From: Lama guanicoe
Lineage: Eukaryota
DNA: 64,000 nt
Assembly (NCBI GenBank): GCA_013239625.1
Contig: MU053934.1
Span: 9,011,352 to 9,075,351 of the forward strand
Reading direction: 5' to 3'
Shown here: positions 58,746-64,000 of the stretch, piece after piece
Layout: each line of letters opens with the position of its first letter
Position numbering within the stretch: position 1 is the first letter of the stretch
Position numbers and translations under genes: made by a program
Notes under the pieces: model-generated
What the model saw: only the letters and a program-made list of their open reading frames with translations
Databases searched by the model: none
What the model was told of the DNA's origin: nothing

Positions 58746-61619
58746 GGGGGGCGGGCGCCGGAAGGGAGGGGGCGCCCGACTCCACGGACCCGGCTCTAGT
58801 GACCCCCACACCCCAACCACCGCGCCCCTTGGGAGTTCGGGAGCTGCCGGCGCTGCACCCCCACAGCGGTCCTTGGGGTGGCTGAGCTGAGCTGCCGTCC
58901 AGGCCCCGGCGACGTCCCCCCCACTGCCCCTCTCCTGGCTTCCGGCCTAATCACCGCGCTGACCTGGGGACTTGTTTTAAAGACGGTTCCCCCCAGACAC
59001 ACCGTCCTGCAGGCCCTCTCACCTTCCGCCTGCCCACCTAGCGCCCACCCGCCCCTGGGGCTGAGGTGCGGCCCAGGGAGAGGAGGCTCCTTGCCCCTGG
59101 AGCCCCTTGGCATACCTGTTCTCACTGCCCCACCTCCACCCCTAGCAGGGGCCGTTGTACCCAGCTTGCTGATGAGGAAACAGACTGGGGACTGGGGAAC
59201 AGTAATTCGCCCAAGAGAAAAAACTAGTCATGGTGTAGGGGGTGCACATGAAGGAACCAAAGAGGAAGGGAGTAGTCTGGAGGTATCAGGGTGATAGCTT
59301 TGTGTCTGGGGACCCCTGCCCTCCTGGGACACAAAGGCCCCCAGGCAGAGGCTCTGGCGGACTCCATGCTTAGCTGTGGCTGGGGACAGGCCACTTCCTA
59401 ACCCAGCCGCCTGGTGGCCAGGGGGTCTCCACTTGGAGACCTGTGACCCAGAGCCCCCAGCCCTGGCACAGACAGCACTGGGATGGCAAACACCCATCTC
59501 ATCCTTCTTTCTAACTTAATCCTCAAGGCCTACCTCCTCGGGGGTGACCATGAGGCCCTGCCGATCATAGCCATGACCTCTGACCTCTCTGCTGACCCGT
59601 GGCTCACCAGTCATTAGCCAGGCCTGCCTTCCTGGGGCCAGGCCCAGATAAGAGCCCCGACCACCCTCGGAATCCGGGATCCTTTACTCTGGCTGAGTTG
59701 AGTTTCTTTTAAACTCTCTAGTAATCACCCTCCTCCTGTCAAAGGTCACTTGTCCCAGCTAATGCTTGCCTGGAGTCAGGGATTCACGGAGAGGCTGGGG
59801 GTGGTGTGGAGAGCTCTGCAGGGGTTTCTTTGGCTCTCTGGCTCCCTGTACCTGACAGGCATGGAGTTCTGGCTGTTCGAGGCATTGGCTCCATCCTGGG
59901 CATGTCCTGGGGGACATCCCTTGGGGGAGATGGTGGGTGGAGGTGCAGGGCTCAGCGTTGATAGCAAGAGTCGTCCCAGGTCCTGGGCTTACAGGACGCT
60001 TCTTGGAGGAGACAGTGTTTGGGCAGGAGCTGGTCAGGCAGCCAGGGAAGGAGGGGAATTCAGGTGACCTCTGGCTGGAGTCAAAGCCCAGGGAGGCATC
60101 CGATGGGGGACCACACAAAGACTCCTCTTGGAAATGGAAGGGGCCCCAGAAATCACCTGTATTTTACAGACAAGGAAACTCGAGGTCCGAAGAGAAGGCA
60201 TAGTTGAGCTTTCCCAAACCTGCGCCCCCAGATTGCTGTTCTTTTTTGCCTACTGTTTGAGAAGGGTCCCCTGCAGCCTGGCAGGTCTGGCAGTGTCCAA
60301 CTTTGAAGGAGCAGTGAGACTTGCTAGGCTGGAGTGGCTCCCTAGCCCTGACTAAAGGTTTACAATGATCTTCTTCATAAAGAAGGTCCTAACTTGAAGT
60401 GTGTAAAAGAAACCTTTTAATTGCATGCTGATGAGAACGCCTGTGGCCCTTTGTTTCCTTTAGGAGGTCTCTCTTTAGAGTTTTAACAAGTTTGATGTAG
60501 TTTGGGGAGAGGGAGTTAGAAGACTGCATGGTTCCTTTCTGTGCCTACAAGCTCAGAAGCTGTAAGGTTCTCTGAAGCCTTGTAAGGCTGAGGGTGACAC
60601 TGTCCCCACCCTCTGTGAGCAGTGAGGTCCAAGAGGAAATGTGCAGCTTAAAAGTGGTCGCGGAAAAGGCCTTGATGGTGAGCCTTTTAGCTAATCTGCT
60701 GAAACTCATTTGGCGACCTGGCCACCAAAATGGAGCAGGACACTGGCCTTTTTGTGCCAAGGGGCAGAGTTGGAACCACCAGTCTGTCCTGGGTCTGCCT
60801 GTCCTGTTGGGCTTTGCTGAGAGCCAGGGTGGGAGGGAGCAGAGAGGAGGAGGGTGCGGGGAAAGACGGCTGTGTTTTCTCCAAGACTTTCTTGGCCTGT
60901 GGCTCTAGCCGGGCAGCCTTTCCGACTGATTACAGAGAACGTCCCTGGGAGAACAAAGGGGAGAGAGGACTTGGCTTGGAAACACGTGGCTGCACCAGTG
61001 CCGTTCCTGGAAGTTTCCCAGTCGGGTGGCGGGGGCCAGACAGACAGAGGGGGGCTGCTGGAGCCCGAATGCATGAAGATGAGACTCAGGGTGCCTCGGG
61101 GGCAGCGCCAGGGCCTCTCCTGCGGGGCCACAGCTCTGGGTCACGCGCCTTCCCGGCCCCGTCCGAGGACCCCTCCAGCTCAATGTGGCCTTGATGGTGT
61201 GTGTACGGGAAACGTGCTTCACTCACCGCCGGGACCTAGCAGGCTGCCACGGACGTTTGTGGGACCACTGACAACTTTGCCTGTCGTCTCCCGGAAAAAA
61301 CCCACGGGGTGGTTTGGTGGTTTTCTCATTTGTAAAATGGAGATAGCAGAAACCTTCTTCTTAGGTGGCCTTGGGGCTGAGGGAGAGAACACAGGACGGT
61401 GCCTGTCGTGGGAGCTGTATTATTATTATCTGTTATTTGTGTTGTTCCCTTCTTGGAGTAGGACAGTTTAGCTCTACTAAAACTGCATTTCCCCAGCCAG
61501 GAGCTGGGAAGGAGGTCTAAGAGGGCCACAGAACTGGTAGCTGTCAGGTGCCAAAGCCGTGTTGGTGAAGGTCATGCAAAGTGGCCTCAGCTGGCCTCCT
61601 TTGGCACTCCATCATCTGT

Positions 61620-61950
61620 ACACTGACATCTGCTGAGGGCCAGCCCCATGCCAGATACTGTTCTAGGTTTTGGAGACATGGCAGGGAGGAAGAGAGACCC
61701 TGCCCTTCTGCCCGTGGGGCACATCCCCTGGGAGATCCAGAAAAGTGAACAATTACAAACCAATTCCAACAAGGAGAGACTCAGGGAAGACTTCCTGGAG
61801 GAAGCAGCACACACACTGGATGTGAAGGAGCAGAAGGTTGGCTAAGTTTTTGGGGAGGTCTGGGAGTCGAATGGGGAAGGGTGCTCCAGGCAGAGAGAAA
61901 AGCATGGGCAAAGGCCCAGAAGGTGAGAAAGAACATGGGACTTCCCGGGG
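61620..61950 (-). mobile_element. L2 LINE fragment in FBLN1 intron 1
   Basis: ATGCCAGATACTGTTCTAGGTTTTGGAGAC; TCAGGGAAGACTTCCTGGAGGAAG; CCAGGCAGAGAGAAAAGCATGGGCAAAGGCCCAG. Confidence 0.7.
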
Positions 61951-62684
61951 TTCTGTCTCCTTCCTCATGCTTGGAGAAGACCCCAGTGCCTCGCACCCTC
62001 TCCAGCAGCGCGCTCTCGCCTCCATTCCTTTGAAGGTGGGGCTCTGTGAGCAGTGGACACTGTGGGTGGGGCAGCTTTGCAGGAAAATAGTTCTAATAGG
62101 GTATACGAGTATCTTGCCAGTATATTTCATACAGCAAAATGTTTTTCTTTTTGCAAGACATCAAATTATAACAGTTTTATCAATAAGTGCTTTTGCAGGC
62201 TTCATCTGGTTCCAGTTTCCTTGTAATGATCTCAGATGTGGCTAGATAAAACTGGAGGGGGGCATTGCTTATACAACTTTCCCGGGATCAGAGACCCTTC
62301 TGTCTAGAGGGGAGCTCAGAGCTCAGAGGGTGTAGTGTTAAGGTGAAGTCATCCAGCTCGTAGCAGGCTTGGCTGGACCAGAGGCTGTGTCCTGCGGGCC
62401 GGCCCTCTTTCCACCGGGCTACCTCCTTTAACCCCCAGGCAGGTCCTAACTAGAGGCCAGGGCCGGAGGGAGTCAGCTACCTACGTGTTATCAGGAGGGT
62501 CCTTCGTCCACCCACTCAGTGGTGGGGACTAGGACTCAACCAGAGCTGGGAGGCTGGTCCCAGCTCTGAAAGTGACTTGAGGGGGCTTGAGCAACTCCCA
62601 CACCCTCTCTGTTCTGTTCCCTTCAGTATGGAATGAAAACTCTGCTCTAGGAAATTATTATAATTGAAGTCTCTTACATTTAGT

Positions 62685-62780
62685 CACTAATTTAATCCTC
62701 TCAACAACCCCATGAAGTAGGTACTACTATTATTTCCATTTTATAGAAGAATAAACTAAGGCCCAGAGCAGTTACTCCAG
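62685..62780 (-). mobile_element. MIR SINE
   Basis: TTTAATCCTCTCAACAACCCCATGAAGTAGGTACTACTATTATTTCCATTTTATAGAAGAATAAACTAAGGCCCAGAG. Confidence 0.8.
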
Positions 62781-64000
62781 CAGGTGACATGATCCAAAAG
62801 GATAAACGGGTTCCAGAAAAATACTGTCTCAGCCTGTTAGCATAAAAATGCTGTGAGAGCTGGCATGTTAAAAACCAGTCCTGGCACCCAGCCCTTGCTC
62901 AGGACCCCGGGTAGTAAAAAGAGGACACGGGACCCCATACTCCTAACCAGTTGGCCGAACAGCACTCCAACTCCATAAACCAGTGCTGTGTGTACCAGAG
63001 GCTCTTTTGAAAAGATGGGCATTTTCCGCGGGGGGAAGAAGGAGACCCCAGAAGCCAGAGCCATAGTCTGGGCCCTTGAGGGGCTCTCAGCCGGCGTGAC
63101 GGGAGGCGGCCCCCCCACAAGGTGACGGCACCTGTCCTGGTTCAGATCCAAGGATGAGCCCGTCCTGTGCTGGCTGGTCGTGCAGCCCAGAGTCTGGCCT
63201 GGCCCTGCGTCTCCCTCTGGTGTGGCCTGAGTCAGGCCCTCCTCGCTGCTGTCTGGGGTGGGGCTTAGAAGCCCCCCCCCAGGAACCCAAGGTCGAGGTC
63301 ATAGTGCTCCTCCCACTGCAGGTGGAGGGGTGCCTGTGGGGTCTGCGGGCTCTGGCTGCGGGATGCTGGAAGCCGTCTGGAACTGTCCTCAAGGTGGAGA
63401 GTCACCCCTTTCCTGGCACTTCTGTGAAGGAAAGTACTCTTGGCGGGTCCTGGGTCCTGGGTCCTGGACACAGCAGGGCGGGCCCAGCATCTGAAGAGGA
63501 CGGTCCTGGAAGTTGTCATGTTCCTGCTTAATCTGTTGGGACACTGCCCCCGGCCTTGCCAAGTAACCTTGCCAGAGCGCTGTGCCAACACGGCCAGCGC
63601 CAGGAGTCTGGAAACCAGATTCCCACCCAGCTCTGTTGCCGACTTCCTGGGGGATCCAAAGCACAGGGCCTCCGGTTACTCCTTCCCGAGGCCAGCGTCC
63701 CAGAGCCTTCTTTTCCCCACGTGAAGGGTTTGTGATATGCTGTCACCTGCAGGGCCAGCTTCAGGCCACTCAGAGGGGACGCCCCACAGACAGGGTCTGG
63801 ACCCGCTGGGATCTTACTCAGGCCCAGGACGGGGTCTGTGACGGGCACTCAGCCGGATCTGGGGAGGACACGGAAACTGCAGGTCAGCTGAGCAGCTCCC
63901 TTTACATGGATGGGGAAACTGAGGCCCAGAGGGGAAGTGCTTGTCTGAGTTCCCTTAGCTGCTAAGTGGTGCCATTTGTAGGCTGTTTTTCAGTTCTGTT

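Larger units (their letters stand above)
57900..58960. promoter_or_regulatory. FBLN1: FBLN1 CpG island promoter
   Basis: Very GC/CpG-rich with several GGGGCGG boxes, surrounding the FBLN1-like 5'UTR. Boundaries approximate. Confidence 0.85.

Noticed and set aside
57784..58885. Long Pro/Gly/Arg-rich ORFs across the FBLN1 CpG island
   Set aside because: Expected in very GC-rich DNA; several run through Ns.
58746..64000. FBLN1 exon 2
   Set aside because: No Cys-rich anaphylatoxin-like (CC.DG) exon with proper splice sites found; treated as intron 1.

Overview
Mammalian genomic DNA, most likely a camelid (inferred from several tRNA-derived SINEs with a GGGGGAGGGTATAGCTCAG head, Vic-1-like). The window is the conserved SMC1B <- -> RIBC2 -> FBLN1 locus. 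It holds SMC1B coding exon 1 (minus strand, 3039-3147) and a 309-bp bidirectional CpG-island promoter. It holds the complete 7-exon RIBC2 CDS (3457-14969; 1134 nt, 377 aa, all GT-AG introns in phase). About 43 kb of repeat-rich intergenic DNA follows (old and young L1, L2, MIR, MaLR LTRs, hAT elements, SINEs), then the FBLN1 CpG island and 5'UTR, whose start codon appears to fall in a 97-N gap. I found no support for a new protein-coding or prokaryote-style system; nearly all listed ORFs outside these exons look spurious. The most interesting signals are regulatory and retrotransposon-mechanistic: a partitioned meiosis/cilia motif cassette in the shared promoter, a CpG-retaining MaLR LTR forming an orphan CpG island, a minisatellite built from a SINE Pol III A-box head, and an L1 5'-end-only insertion. 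Gene and repeat family names come from recalled sequence similarity, not from database searches.
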